This document shows positions 6,470-16,594 of a DNA stretch of 32,000 bases, piece by piece; position 1 is the stretch's first letter, and each line of letters starts with the position of its first letter. Source of the stretch: Enorma phocaeensis (GTDB lineage: Bacteria > Actinomycetota > Coriobacteriia > Coriobacteriales > Coriobacteriaceae); NCBI RefSeq assembly GCF_900186505.1, contig NZ_LT891969.1:74323-106322 (forward strand), given 5' to 3'. Below the pieces are notes generated by a model. The model ran no database searches, had not been told where the DNA came from, and saw only the letters and a program-made list of their open reading frames with translations. The position numbers and the translations under genes were made by a program.

Positions 6470-8455
6470 ATGAAGATCGCGCTCGCGCAGATCGATATGC
6501 GTCTCGGCGATATCGAGGGCATCTGCTCGCGTATCGAGAGCCAGGCTCTGCTTGCTCGCGAGCAGGATGCACGGCTGCTATGCGTTCCCGCTCCGCTTTT
6601 TGGCGGGACGGCGCCCGGGATGCTCGCTGAGTCGGCAGGGTACGTCCACGACCTGCTCGCTGCGCTGTCCAAGCTTGCTGGGCATTGCGGGCGTTTAGGC
6701 ATTACCGCGTTGGTTCCTGCGGTAGTCTCGCACGAGGACGCGCCCATCCTCGAGCTCTTCATGCTCAAGAAGGGGAGGGTAGTTCCTGTTCGTACGTTGG
6801 CTGCCCTGCGTCGCGGGCAGGCGTCTGAGGAGCTCTGGCGTCCGGTGGTCTTCGATGTGGACGGGGTCCGTTTGGCGGTTACCTTCGATGCCCAACGCGA
6901 CCTTGAGGAGCTCCCCCAAGGTGTTGATGTGCTCGTCTACTTCCAAATGGTGCCGTTCAATCTTGCAGATGAAGCGACGGCTGCTGTTGCGGCGGTGGCG
7001 GATGGCCATTATCGCGAGCAGGTGGCGCGACGCGGCCTATGGTTTGCGTGCATGGCGCCCGTGGGCGGATTCGATGATGCCGTGTTCACCGGCGGTTCGT
7101 TCGTTATGGACGATAGCGGCCGCGTGGTTGCTGCGGCACCCTGCTTTGAGGAGGCGCTGCTCGTACAGGAGATCAGTCGCGGCGTGACCGTGCCGTGCCT
7201 GGAGGGTCACGAGCTGCCCCATTACGAACGCAATGAGTGGTTGTGGGAGGCGCTCAGGCTCGGGCTTGCGGATGCGGTCGATGCCCTGGGGAGCTCGCGC
7301 ATCGCGCTGGTGCTCGCCGGGGATCTTCCTAGCTCGCTTGCGGCGGCGCTCGCCGTCGATGCGTTGGGGCCCCGCAACGTCATCGGCTTGTTCATCGCGC
7401 GCCAGCGCATCGTTACCCCATCGCAGGAAGCAGCGGAGGCGGTCCGTGCCCAGCGTGTGCGTGACCTAGCTTCCCATCTGGGCATTCGCCTCGTGGAGCG
7501 CATCGAGCCCGATGCTACGCTCGTGCTCGACCGAGACGCTGCCGCGCAGCTTGGGAATTCTTCTGCCTTCGACCGGTTGTTCCTCGCTGATCTTGCACGT
7601 GAGGAGGGCGCGGTTCCCGTGAGCGCCATCACCAAGACGCACGTCGCGCTCGCCCCCACCATGATCGAGGGAGCTCTTTCCGGCGAGGTCGCGCCCTTTG
7701 GGGACGTGTACCTCACTGCGCTTGAGTTTCTCGCGCGCTCGCGAAACCGGGCGGGTGAGGTGGTTCCCCGTGAGCTGGTGTCGCTCAAGGCGGTTGCGAT
7801 GTCGATGAGCGAGATAGTCGCGCATGCGGTATGGTCCGAGCGCACTGAACCATCCTATGCCGGCAAGATGGCGGAGCTTTTGGCGGGACTCGAGCCGAGC
7901 CAGATCGATGGCGTCCTCGAGGCGCATGTCGATCGCGGGCTTTCGCTCGATGAGATTCCGCTCGCGACTTCCGAACCTGAGGCCTGCGCCTTGCTGCTCA
8001 TGCTCGTGAGGCGGGGCGAGCCGGCGCGCCGCGCCCTGCCTATGGCGTTCGCGGTCTCAGCGTGCTCGTTCGAGGTCCGGGCATGGCCCCGCGGACTCGC
8101 ATGGTCCGATCTTGGACGCAAGGGCGCCGAGCAACTCACGCTTGCTGCCGTTGCGCAGGCGGAGATCGAGCGGGCCGAGTCCCGCGGCGCCGAGATGAAC
8201 GCTCGCATGCGCAGCGAGTTGATGAGTCTTATCAGCGGGCTTTTGGGCATCAGCCCAGAGCAGCTTGAAGAGCTGGGCACGGAGGAGGGCCAGCGCCGGT
8301 TGGGCGAGGGCATTGCGCGCTTCGAGAGCCACATGCAAGAGGTGTTCGGGCAAATGGCCGAGGATGGAGGCTATGACGCCTCGGATGATCAGACGGGCCA
8401 GATCCCCCCGCATGCATCCGGTATGCGCGGCTTCCCGTTTTTCTCGATCAACTGA
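6470..8455 (+). CDS. Glutamine-dependent NAD+ synthetase homologue with degenerate catalytic motifs (probable pseudoenzyme)
   Basis: An N-terminal CN-hydrolase-like domain (MKIALAQIDMRLGD...) is followed by a NAD-synthase-like domain (WEALRLGLADAVDALGSSRIALVLAGDLPSSLAAALAVDALG). The expected E/K/C triad and the SGGxDS P-loop positions are substituted, and there is an extra acidic/coiled C-terminal tail. A strong SD (GGGGAGGGAAGG) precedes ATG 6470. Confidence 0.8.
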   Translation: MKIALAQIDMRLGDIEGICSRIESQALLAREQDARLLCVPAPLFGGTAPGMLAESAGYVHDLLAALSKLAGHCGRLGITALVPAVVSHEDAPILELFMLKKGRVVPVRTLAALRRGQASEELWRPVVFDVDGVRLAVTFDAQRDLEELPQGVDVLVYFQMVPFNLADEATAAVAAVADGHYREQVARRGLWFACMAPVGGFDDAVFTGGSFVMDDSGRVVAAAPCFEEALLVQEISRGVTVPCLEGHELPHYERNEWLWEALRLGLADAVDALGSSRIALVLAGDLPSSLAAALAVDALGPRNVIGLFIARQRIVTPSQEAAEAVRAQRVRDLASHLGIRLVERIEPDATLVLDRDAAAQLGNSSAFDRLFLADLAREEGAVPVSAITKTHVALAPTMIEGALSGEVAPFGDVYLTALEFLARSRNRAGEVVPRELVSLKAVAMSMSEIVAHAVWSERTEPSYAGKMAELLAGLEPSQIDGVLEAHVDRGLSLDEIPLATSEPEACALLLMLVRRGEPARRALPMAFAVSACSFEVRAWPRGLAWSDLGRKGAEQLTLAAVAQAEIERAESRGAEMNARMRSELMSLISGLLGISPEQLEELGTEEGQRRLGEGIARFESHMQEVFGQMAEDGGYDASDDQTGQIPPHASGMRGFPFFSIN

Positions 8456-8504
8456 GTGTTCCCTGCTCGACATACTGGACGGGGTCGCTTCTGCTGTGGT
8501 AACA

Positions 8505-8520
8505 TAGAACAAATGTTCGA
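8505..8520. promoter_or_regulatory. LexA (SOS) box candidate upstream of ruvCAB
   Basis: TAGAACAAATGTTCGA contains GAAC-N4-GTTC and matches 11 of 12 positions of the actinobacterial TCGAAC-N4-GTTCGA consensus. It overlaps a possible extended -10 (TGGTAACAT, 8497-8505), 58 nt before the ruvC ATG. Confidence 0.55.
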
Positions 8521-8577
8521 AACTAAGATGCGAGAGGCTCCCGATATCGGGTAGCAGCATCTAGAGGAAGGGGCCGC

Positions 8578-9102
8578 ATGGTCATCCTGGGTATCGATCC
8601 GGGTTTGGCGAATACCGGCTGGGGTGTCGTCGAGGAACGGCTTGGTTCGTGCCGCTGCCGCGCCTACGGGTGCATCCATACCGCGGCCGATGATGATTTG
8701 GCGCAGCGCTTGAGGCGCATCGTGGACGATCTGGCTAAAGCCATCGAACGCTACCAGCCCGATGCCGCGGCGATCGAGGGGGTCTACTTCGGCGTCAACG
8801 TGCGCTCGGCCATCCCCACGGCACACGCGCGCGGGGCGGCGCTCGTGGCGTGCAGCCTTGCAGGGGTGGAAGTGGGCGAGTACACGCCCATGCAGATCAA
8901 ACAGGCGGTCGTCGGTACCGGTGCGGCGGACAAGCGGCAGGTTACCTATATGGTGCGCAATCTTCTCATGCTCGACCACGACCCCAAACCCGACCACGCG
9001 GCAGACGCGCTCGCTTGTGCCATCTGCCATGCGAACCTCGTTCGAACCAGGGCGCTTACCGGAGGCGCATACATCAAGGAGAAGGGAAACCCGTACTCAT
9101 GA
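8578..9102 (+). CDS. ruvC: Crossover junction endodeoxyribonuclease RuvC
   Basis: Shows the RuvC pattern MVILGIDPGLANTGWGVV...AIEGVYF...QIKQAVVGTGAADKRQV...DHAADALACAICH. SD GAGGAAGGGG. Confidence 0.9.
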   Translation: MVILGIDPGLANTGWGVVEERLGSCRCRAYGCIHTAADDDLAQRLRRIVDDLAKAIERYQPDAAAIEGVYFGVNVRSAIPTAHARGAALVACSLAGVEVGEYTPMQIKQAVVGTGAADKRQVTYMVRNLLMLDHDPKPDHAADALACAICHANLVRTRALTGGAYIKEKGNPYS

Positions 9103-9716
9103 TCGCTCAGCTGCGCGGAACGCTTGTAGAGGCGACGCTCTCCACCGCGGTGATCGACGTCGCGGGCATCGGATTCGAGGTGGGTATCTCGGGCCTCACT
9201 GCGGCGGCGTTGCCCGCTTTGGGCGAGGAGGTGCGCCTGTTCACGCGCATGCGCGTCGGCCAGGATGCCGTGGCGGTCTATGGGTTCGCCACCCGTGATG
9301 AGCGGACGGTCTTCGATCGGCTCGTCGCCGTGGCAACGGTGGGGCCGCGTCTCGCGCTCGCGGTGCTCTCCAAGTACTCGGCATCGCAGCTCTACTCTAT
9401 CGTCATGGCCGAGGATGAGACCGCTATGGCGGCGGTGCCCGGTGTCGGCAAGAAGAAGGCGCAGCGCCTCATCCTAGAGCTCAAAGGGTCGCTCGCCAAG
9501 GATACCGAACTGGCCGGTGCGCCCATGCCGCTTCCCGGGCAGGCGGTTCTCGGGCTTGCAAGCGCATCTGACCTTGATGATGCCCATGCCGCGCTGCTCT
9601 CCATGGGCTTCAGCCCGCAGGAGGCCGACCTTGCGCTCGAGGGGTATGATGGTCGTGGTATGCGGGTCGAGGATCTCCTCGCCGCCGCGCTCAAGCGACT
9701 CGGGATGGATGCATGA
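9099..9716 (+). CDS. ruvA: Holliday junction DNA helicase subunit RuvA
   Basis: [11 protein letters not shown]...[10 protein letters not shown]...[17 protein letters not shown]. The ATG at 9099 overlaps the ruvC stop (ATGA). Confidence 0.9.
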   Translation: MIAQLRGTLVEATLSTAVIDVAGIGFEVGISGLTAAALPALGEEVRLFTRMRVGQDAVAVYGFATRDERTVFDRLVAVATVGPRLALAVLSKYSASQLYSIVMAEDETAMAAVPGVGKKKAQRLILELKGSLAKDTELAGAPMPLPGQAVLGLASASDLDDAHAALLSMGFSPQEADLALEGYDGRGMRVEDLLAAALKRLGMDA

Positions 9717-10801
9717 TGTGGGAAGATACCTCGCAGGACCTATGGGCGGGTGATGCCTCGCGCAGCCCCTTGGGTGCTGCTTCGGCACCTGCCGGCCAAC
9801 ATGGCGATCGGTTCGTGACGGGTAACCTCACGGGAGAGGATCTGGATGTCGAGCGCTCGCTGCGCCCGCAGAAGCTCGATGACTACTGCGGTCAGGAGCA
9901 CATCAAGCAGAGCCTGCGCATTCTTATCGAGGCTGCCCAGAGCCGCGGGGAGACGCTTGATCATGTGATCTTCTCGGGCCCTCCGGGCCTGGGCAAGACC
10001 ACGCTTGCCACGGTGGTTGCCAACGAGCTGGGCGCCCAGATCAAGACCACTTCCGGCCCCGCCATCGAGCGCACGGGTGATCTTGCGGCCATCCTCACCA
10101 ACCTGCAGCCCGGTGACGTGCTTTTCATCGACGAGATTCATCGCCTCAACCGGTCTGTGGAGGAGATTCTCTATCCTGCTATGGAGGATTTCGCGCTTGA
10201 TATCGTGATCGGAAAAGGACCTGCCGCCCGGTCGATCCGTCTCGAGATCCCTCGATTCACGCTCGTGGGCGCTACCACGCGCTCAGGCATGCTCACCGGG
10301 CCCTTGCGCGACCGCTTCGGCATTTCGTTCAGGCTCGACTACTACGGCATCGATGACCTTGCGCAGATCGTGCTGCGCTCCGCTGCCATCTTGGGCGTCG
10401 CGGTTGATCATGATTCCGCACTTGAGATCGCGTCGCGTTCCCGCGGTACGCCGCGTCTGGCGAATCGCCTGCTCAAGCGCGTGCGCGATTACGCGCAGGT
10501 GCGGGGGAGCGGGCAGGTTGTCCTGCCGATCGCCCGCGAGGCGCTTGAGTTCTTCGAGATTGACGAGCTGGGCCTCGATTGGATGGATATTCGTATCCTG
10601 GAGACGCTTGCCAAGACGTTCCGCGGCCGTGCGGTTGGTCTCACCACCCTCGCGAGCGCTGTGGGCGAGGATCCATCGACGCTCGAGGATGTCTACGAAC
10701 CCTATCTGCTGCAGCGAGGTCTTATGGTTCGCACCCCGCAGGGCCGCATGGCGACCCTGGCGGCATTCGATCACCTGGGCGTGGAGCCTCCTGTCCGCTG
10801 A
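9713..10801 (+). CDS. ruvB: Holliday junction DNA helicase RuvB
   Basis: [16 protein letters not shown]...[11 protein letters not shown]...LFIDEIHRL...[15 protein letters not shown]. The start overlaps the ruvA stop (ATGA). Confidence 0.95.
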   Translation: MMWEDTSQDLWAGDASRSPLGAASAPAGQHGDRFVTGNLTGEDLDVERSLRPQKLDDYCGQEHIKQSLRILIEAAQSRGETLDHVIFSGPPGLGKTTLATVVANELGAQIKTTSGPAIERTGDLAAILTNLQPGDVLFIDEIHRLNRSVEEILYPAMEDFALDIVIGKGPAARSIRLEIPRFTLVGATTRSGMLTGPLRDRFGISFRLDYYGIDDLAQIVLRSAAILGVAVDHDSALEIASRSRGTPRLANRLLKRVRDYAQVRGSGQVVLPIAREALEFFEIDELGLDWMDIRILETLAKTFRGRAVGLTTLASAVGEDPSTLEDVYEPYLLQRGLMVRTPQGRMATLAAFDHLGVEPPVR

Positions 10802-10886
10802 GTTCGGTGGATGGGGGATCGGGCGGCCATGCTGGGTGGGACGGATTTGAATAGATGAGCCTACGTTTCTAGAAGAGGAGATCCAT

Positions 10887-12407
10887 ATGCCTTGCACCAC
10901 CATCCTGATAGGCAAAGGGGCGAGTTACGATGGGTCGGCCATCGTTGCTCGTAACGAGGACTCGCCCAACGGCATGTTCCAGCCCAAGCGGTTGTGCGTG
11001 GTCGCGCCTGAGGAGCAGCCCAGGGTCTATACCGCTACCACCTCCAAGCTCACCATCGAGCTTCCCGACAATCCCCTGCGCTATACCGCGGTACCCGATG
11101 CGGTGCCCGGGCACGGCCCTTGGGCGGAGGCCGGCGTGAACGCGCTCAACGTGGCGATGAGCGCGACCGAGACCATCACCTCCAACCCGCGCGTGCTGGG
11201 CGCGGACCCGTTGGTCGAGTACCGTCCTGCTCGGGGCGTCGAGGGAGAGCCAGGTTATGTGCCCGAGCAGCCAGGTGGCATCGGCGAAGAGGACATGGTG
11301 ACCCTTGTGCTGCCCTATATCACCAGCGCGCGCGATGGCGTGCGGCGCTTGGGCGCCCTGCTGGAGCGGTACGGCACCTACGAGATGAACGGTATCGCGT
11401 TCTCCGATGTCGACGAAATCTGGTGGCTCGAGACGATCGGCGGCCACCATTGGATAGCGAAGCGCGTCCCCGATAACGCGTACGTGACGATGCCCAACCA
11501 GCTTGGAATCGATCGGTTCGACCTTGCGGATGCCGAGGGCGCTCAGGTCGATCATATGGCGAGCACCGATTTGAGCGCGTGGATGCGCGAGCACCACCTC
11601 GATCTCTCGCTGAGCTGCGACGGTGCTGCGCCGGGTGTCTTCAACCCACGTGAGGCATTTGGCAGCCATAGCGACTCGGATCACGTGTACAACACGCCGC
11701 GTGCTTGGTATATGCAGCGCTGCCTGAATCCGCACGATGAATGGGACGGGCCCGCTGCGCGCTACACGCCCGAGTCGGATGACATCCCTTGGGCCCGTGT
11801 TCCCGAGCGTAAGCTCACCATCGAGGATGTGAAGGATGTGCTTTCGTCGCACTATCAAGGCACGCCGTTCGATCCCTATGGAACCCTGGGCACGCAGCAA
11901 AGCCGCTCGCGCTATCGCACCATAGGTATCAACCGCAACGGCCAGCTCGCCGTGCTGCAGCTGCGCCCGTACGCACCGGAGGCTTGGCGTGCCGTACAGT
12001 GGATGGCGTTCGGCTCGAATCCCTTCAACGCGCTGGTACCCTTCTATACGAGCGTGGATGCTTTGCCGGAGTACCTCGGCAATACGACTTCCCGCGTGAC
12101 GAGCGAGAGCTTCTACTGGGCGAATCGCCTCATCGCGGCACTCGCCGATGCGCGCTTCCACGAGAACTCCGCGGCTATCGAGGGCTATCGCCAGGAGATG
12201 GCCGCGCTGGGCCATGCCATGTTGCACCGCACCGATGCTGCGGCTGCAAAGATCGCGGTCGATGAGGTGCCGGCGTTGCTCGAGCGCGCGAACGACGACC
12301 TTGCTAGCGAGCTCAAGCGTGCGACCGAGGAACTCTTGGGCAAGGTGCTCTACACCACGAGCTGCGCGATGCGCAACGCCTTCTCGATGTCGGATAACGA
12401 ACGGTAA
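10887..12407 (+). CDS. C69 family dipeptidase
   Basis: The N-terminus MPCTTILIGKGASYDGSAIVARNEDS has the nucleophilic Cys directly after Met, characteristic of peptidase C69 / PepDA-type. SD AGAGGAG. Confidence 0.85.
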   Translation: MPCTTILIGKGASYDGSAIVARNEDSPNGMFQPKRLCVVAPEEQPRVYTATTSKLTIELPDNPLRYTAVPDAVPGHGPWAEAGVNALNVAMSATETITSNPRVLGADPLVEYRPARGVEGEPGYVPEQPGGIGEEDMVTLVLPYITSARDGVRRLGALLERYGTYEMNGIAFSDVDEIWWLETIGGHHWIAKRVPDNAYVTMPNQLGIDRFDLADAEGAQVDHMASTDLSAWMREHHLDLSLSCDGAAPGVFNPREAFGSHSDSDHVYNTPRAWYMQRCLNPHDEWDGPAARYTPESDDIPWARVPERKLTIEDVKDVLSSHYQGTPFDPYGTLGTQQSRSRYRTIGINRNGQLAVLQLRPYAPEAWRAVQWMAFGSNPFNALVPFYTSVDALPEYLGNTTSRVTSESFYWANRLIAALADARFHENSAAIEGYRQEMAALGHAMLHRTDAAAAKIAVDEVPALLERANDDLASELKRATEELLGKVLYTTSCAMRNAFSMSDNER

Positions 12408-12554
12408 TCCACGCGCTGCGTCCCGTTTTCTCGCCGCTGGGCCTGTGCGCCGCGCCTTCTGTCAACCAAGGGTGCCAGGGCTTAGAGTGGGCCACGTTAG
12501 GCGCTGGCAGCTTGGGGTACAACAGGGGCAATAGATCCAACCAAGGGAGGAATC

Positions 12555-13007
12555 ATGGACAAGACCTTCGAGGAGCTCGTAACCGGAATGGTCGACGTGA
12601 GCTTGGGCGCTGCTGCCATGGCGGCCGACAAGGGCAAGGAGCTTTTTGACGATCTATCCGCGCGCGGGGCGCAGGCACGAGACGAGGCTGCGCAGAGCGA
12701 GTTCGGTCGTTCCATGGCCGATGTGTTCAAGCAAGCCGGCGGGATGTTCGAGGATGCCACCGACCGCTTGGGGGAGCGCGGCGCTTCCGTTGCCGAGCGC
12801 ATTCTCGACGAGCTGATCGTTGCGCGTGTGCGACCGCTTTCTGCGACTGAGCGCACTGCGTTTGTGACGCATGTGAACGAGCTGGTGGCCTCAGTGCCTG
12901 AGGCTGCGGTGACCGTGCCGGTGGAGTCTGTGGAGGATGGTCCGGCATCCGTGGAGGACGCAGCTGGTGAGTCCGATGCCCCTGCAAGCGAGGAGCAGGG
13001 CGCCTAG
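12555..13007 (+). CDS. Hypothetical protein, phasin-like N-terminus with acidic C-terminal tail
   Basis: SD AAGGGAGG precedes the ATG. VDVSLGAAAMAADKGKELFDDLSARG resembles PHA-granule-associated (phasin) family N-termini. The function call is weak. Confidence 0.6.
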   Translation: MDKTFEELVTGMVDVSLGAAAMAADKGKELFDDLSARGAQARDEAAQSEFGRSMADVFKQAGGMFEDATDRLGERGASVAERILDELIVARVRPLSATERTAFVTHVNELVASVPEAAVTVPVESVEDGPASVEDAAGESDAPASEEQGA

Positions 13008-13021
13008 CTGCCCGGTTATCC

Positions 13022-14791
13022 ATGGATGCCAAATCGAAGGAGCGGCCCCCTGCGGAACCGCTGATTCCCGAGGAGCCCATATACGGTGAGGAGCCAGTGC
13101 CCGAGCCTGAGCCGAGCACCTGGCGCCGCGAGCGCGCTGCCGACGCCTTCCCAGAAGAGCCCGAGGTCATGGCTGATACGGAGAAGTATCAGCTCACCAT
13201 GACCGGGCGCCGTCGGCGCATTGCGCAGATTTTCGAGATTGCGCGTAAGTATGAGGTGTGGCGTACGCTCACCCCCGTTCGCCTCCGGCGCATGCTCGAG
13301 GAGCTCGGTCCCATGTTCGTCAAGATGGGCCAGATTCTCGCCAATCGCTCTGAGATTCTGCCGCAGCGCTTCTGCGATGAGCTTCGTCGCCTGCGCACCG
13401 AGGTCGACCCGGTCCCCTACAAGGTTGTGCTTGAGTGCCTGGAAGCCGAGTACGGCAAGAAGCTCGGTGAGGTCTTCGACGCTATCGATCCCAAGCCGCT
13501 CGGCAGCGCCTCTCTCGCACAGGTGCATCGCGCGCGTCTTGTCACTGGCGAGGATGTCGCAGTGAAGGTGCAGCGTCCTGGCGCGCAGCAGGTCATGGCC
13601 CAGGATATCGACATCATGCGCTCTCTTGCGCGGCATATCTCTCGCTTCATCAAGACCGAGCAGTTCATCGATTTGCGTGATGTGGTCGAGGAGCTGTGGC
13701 AATCGTTCCGCGAGGAAACAAACTTCCTGGCCGAGGCACGCAACCTCGATGAGTTCTATGCTTTCCACAAGGGTTCTCCAGCCATTTCATGTCCACGGTC
13801 GTACATGGACCTCTGTACCGAGCACGTGGTGGTGATGGACTACATCGAGGGCATCTCCATCGCCGCGCCCGACATGCTCAAGGCGGCAGGCTACGATCTC
13901 GAGCAGGTGGGGGAGCGCATCGTCGACGACTATGCGACGCAGGTGCTCGACGACGGCTTCTTCCATGCGGACCCGCATGCGGGCAACATCATCCTCGCAG
14001 ACGGCGTGATCTACTTCATCGACCTCGGTATGGTCGGACGCATGTCCGCGCATGACCGCGGTGTAGTGAAGGACATCATCTTCGCGGTGGCAGAAGGTGA
14101 CGTGCCAAAGCTCAAGGATGCTTTCATGCGCTTCGCGATCTCGCGTGGGGAGACCTCGCAGATCGACCACACCGCCTTCCTTACCGATCTCGACTATATC
14201 GTGGAGGATTTTGGCGGTCGCGACCTGAAAGACCTCGATATCGGGCGTTTCCTCACCTCGCTCATCAATCTGGCGCGTAAGAACGATATCGAGCTTCCCA
14301 GTGTGGTCACGATGTTCGCGCGCGGAATGGTGACGCTCGAGGGCCTGCTCACCGAGTACATGCCCGATGTCAACATGATCGAGATCATCCAGCTGCATAT
14401 CGCTCACGAGAAGAGCGTCTACCAGCGCGCTCGCGAGGCGGCTGAGGAGCTTGCCCTGGGTACGGGTCGTGCCCTGAAGGGCAGCTTGGAGGCCATGGAG
14501 TACCTGGGGCTCGCATCGCGCATGCTCACGCGCGGTCAACTCAAGATCAACGCAGAGGTCCTAGGGTCCGAGGAGGTCTTGCGGCGCGTGGGCGGTATCG
14601 TTGACCGCATGTCCATGGCTATCGTGATTGCCGGCTTGTTCATCGGGTCCTCAGTGGTGTATTACGCCAAGATCGAGCCGGTGATCTTCGGCATACCCAT
14701 CATCGGGTTCTTGGGATACCTGTCTGCGCTCCTGCTCGCCCTTATGCTCGGGCGTGAGATCTGGCGCAACAGCCGCGGCAGACGGCGCTGA
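13022..14791 (+). CDS. ubiB: UbiB/ABC1 (AarF-domain) atypical kinase with two C-terminal TM helices
   Basis: LGPMFVKMGQILANRSEILPQRFCDELRRL, SASLAQVHRA, VAVKVQRPG and HADPHAGNI are ABC1 signatures. The start is uncertain: there is no SD at 13022, and ATG 13169 is an alternative. Confidence 0.8.
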   Translation: MDAKSKERPPAEPLIPEEPIYGEEPVPEPEPSTWRRERAADAFPEEPEVMADTEKYQLTMTGRRRRIAQIFEIARKYEVWRTLTPVRLRRMLEELGPMFVKMGQILANRSEILPQRFCDELRRLRTEVDPVPYKVVLECLEAEYGKKLGEVFDAIDPKPLGSASLAQVHRARLVTGEDVAVKVQRPGAQQVMAQDIDIMRSLARHISRFIKTEQFIDLRDVVEELWQSFREETNFLAEARNLDEFYAFHKGSPAISCPRSYMDLCTEHVVVMDYIEGISIAAPDMLKAAGYDLEQVGERIVDDYATQVLDDGFFHADPHAGNIILADGVIYFIDLGMVGRMSAHDRGVVKDIIFAVAEGDVPKLKDAFMRFAISRGETSQIDHTAFLTDLDYIVEDFGGRDLKDLDIGRFLTSLINLARKNDIELPSVVTMFARGMVTLEGLLTEYMPDVNMIEIIQLHIAHEKSVYQRAREAAEELALGTGRALKGSLEAMEYLGLASRMLTRGQLKINAEVLGSEEVLRRVGGIVDRMSMAIVIAGLFIGSSVVYYAKIEPVIFGIPIIGFLGYLSALLLALMLGREIWRNSRGRRR

Positions 14792-15018
14792 CGGAAGCTA
14801 GAGGGCTGTTTGCTGCTTGGCGAGCGGGTTTGTCACCGTGATTCGGCTCCAGGGAAATCAACTTATCAACTTTAGCAACGTTTATCGCGAGTGCATCGAG
14901 TAGGCAAGCGGATAATCGAAGAGCAATGCCTGGTAGTCAGGTTGCGCATTTCATCTTTACTTGCGATTTACGCGCGCAGCGTATGCAAAGTTGAGAAGTC
15001 GAACGTGGACAAGCGCTG

Positions 15019-15612
15019 CTAAGCGGGATTTTCGATTTTGATGTTTGAGAAACTGTGTGCTTCGCGGTCGTACTCGAATACGAGGATGCAGCAGTTGCCG
15101 AGTGCGACATCCTGCTCGCAGCGCGCCCGACCTGCCCAGATGGTTTTGAAGAGTTTGCTGATGGAGCCATGGCTTATGGCGAGGGCGTTGCCTTCGCAAC
15201 TTTGCATGAGGTCATCGAGAGCATGCGCGATGCGGAAGCGTGCGCCTGCCTGCGACTCACCGCCAGACATGACGGCGACATCGCCTGGGTCCCATGGGCT
15301 CACAGGCAGGAGCTCAACGGGTCCCGCCTCATATCCACCGTAATCGCGCTCCATAAGGCCGCGCATACTAAGCCGGGGAACAGCAGAGAGGGTGGGCATC
15401 TGCTCGATGACGATATCGAGCGTTGCCTGCGCGCGGCCAAGGGGAGAGGCGGCGGCAAGGCAGAACGTCTCGTTCTGCTCGCGCAGCCAGGCGGCAGCGC
15501 GCTTTGCCTGCTCGATGCCTTCGTTGGTGAGGGGAGAGTCGCAGCGTCCCTGGAGAATATGCTGCGTGTTGTAGACGGTTTGCCCGTGGCGCATAAGGTA
15601 GAGCTTCTGCAT
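15019..15612 (-). CDS. Histidine phosphatase family protein (phosphoglycerate-mutase-like)
   Basis: LYLMRHGQTVYN...GRCDSPLTNEGIEQA contains the RHG catalytic motif. SD AGGAGG. Confidence 0.85.
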   Translation of the reverse strand: MQKLYLMRHGQTVYNTQHILQGRCDSPLTNEGIEQAKRAAAWLREQNETFCLAAASPLGRAQATLDIVIEQMPTLSAVPRLSMRGLMERDYGGYEAGPVELLPVSPWDPGDVAVMSGGESQAGARFRIAHALDDLMQSCEGNALAISHGSISKLFKTIWAGRARCEQDVALGNCCILVFEYDREAHSFSNIKIENPA

Positions 15613-15658
15613 GGTTGCCTCCTGTGCGCATGCCGCGCTCCCGCGGCATGACGATTTG

Positions 15659-16210
15659 CTAGATGAGTTTCTCGTAGGCGATGCGCGTCAGATCGCTTTC
15701 CATACGGCCATCGGACTGCAAAGAGAAGTGGCCAATCTCCTGGAATCCCTGCTTGGTAAGGAAGCTGCGCATGGCTGCGTTGCCCGGATGCGTGTCGATG
15801 CGCAAGCTGGTTTTGCCGGCGCGCTTTGCGAGCTCAGTTGCCTTGGAAAACATGAATGCCATGATACCTCTGTTGAGTGCAGCTTGAGCGGTGGCGCAGC
15901 GGTGAATCGCAGCGTACGTGGGGGCTTCGGCTGCCTTGCCGTTGCTGGTGAGCCAGGGAAGATCGGCGGACTCATATTCGAGGTCGTGTCCTTCGAGCAG
16001 AGCAAGGGTGCCAAGCGCGGTGCCCTTGTCGTCTTCGGCCACATAGCAGGAATTGAGCTCGATGTCGCTCGCGACGCTATCGATGTTGGGATAACCGCAT
16101 TGCCACTGATCGATGCCGAAACGAGCAATCGAGCGCTTGCCGTCTTCGATGATATCCATCACGCGCGCGGCATCGTCCATCACAGCGCGGCGCATAACGA
16201 GGCTGTTCAT
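15659..16210 (-). CDS. GNAT family N-acetyltransferase
   Basis: GNAT fold motifs are present (RRAVMDDAARVMDII; acetyl-CoA loop-like NRGIMAFMFSKATELAKRAGKTSLRIDTH). I chose ATG 16210 as the start; the GTG at 16282 used in the ORF track is possible. Confidence 0.75.
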   Translation of the reverse strand: MNSLVMRRAVMDDAARVMDIIEDGKRSIARFGIDQWQCGYPNIDSVASDIELNSCYVAEDDKGTALGTLALLEGHDLEYESADLPWLTSNGKAAEAPTYAAIHRCATAQAALNRGIMAFMFSKATELAKRAGKTSLRIDTHPGNAAMRSFLTKQGFQEIGHFSLQSDGRMESDLTRIAYEKLI

Positions 16211-16569
16211 AAGGCGATATCTTTCTATTGACGATTCGGTGCCGAGCACCGGTTTGATGCGGTCGAAACTATAAGAGCTCACAGATTATGCACCACCGCG
16301 CCTCATTTGGCGAGGAGGTTTTGTGCACGTTCCAAACCTTGACGAGCGCTTGATGTGACCTTGAGGCCTGAGCTGGCAAGCGCGGGCCCCATACTCCCGC
16401 CGCGCGAGCGCAGCGATGCGCTCCGTCCGAAACCGCCCGAGGTACGGGCGAGCATCTTTTAACTAGAGAGGCCCTTTTCCGACATCTCCCTCCCAACGCC
16501 CCCTGCCCCCGAGTCGAAGGGTGTGCGCAGGGGCGGAGCCATATGCTTCCGGCGCAGTTCCGCAGGAAA

Positions 16570-16594
16570 AGAGCCCTGGAAGGGGCTCTTTTTC
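16570..16594. terminator. Bidirectional intrinsic terminator downstream of metG
   Basis: (GAAA)AGAGCCC - TGGAAG - GGGCTCT(TTTC). The stem is extendable to 11 bp, with an A-run on one side and a T-run on the other. Confidence 0.6.

Noticed and set aside
8513-8522. GTTCGAA strings here, and also at 1777 and 9047, checked as possible tRNA T-loops
   Set aside because: There are no flanking acceptor, D or anticodon stems. The 8513 string is part of the LexA-type palindrome, the 9047 string lies inside ruvC, and the 1777 string lies in the birA-oadA intergenic spacer just upstream of the 1786-1867 hairpin.
9041-9058. CGAACCTCGTTCGAAC inside ruvC considered as a second SOS box
   Set aside because: The spacer is 3 nt rather than 4, and the site is internal to a coding region. 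It is probably a chance occurrence.
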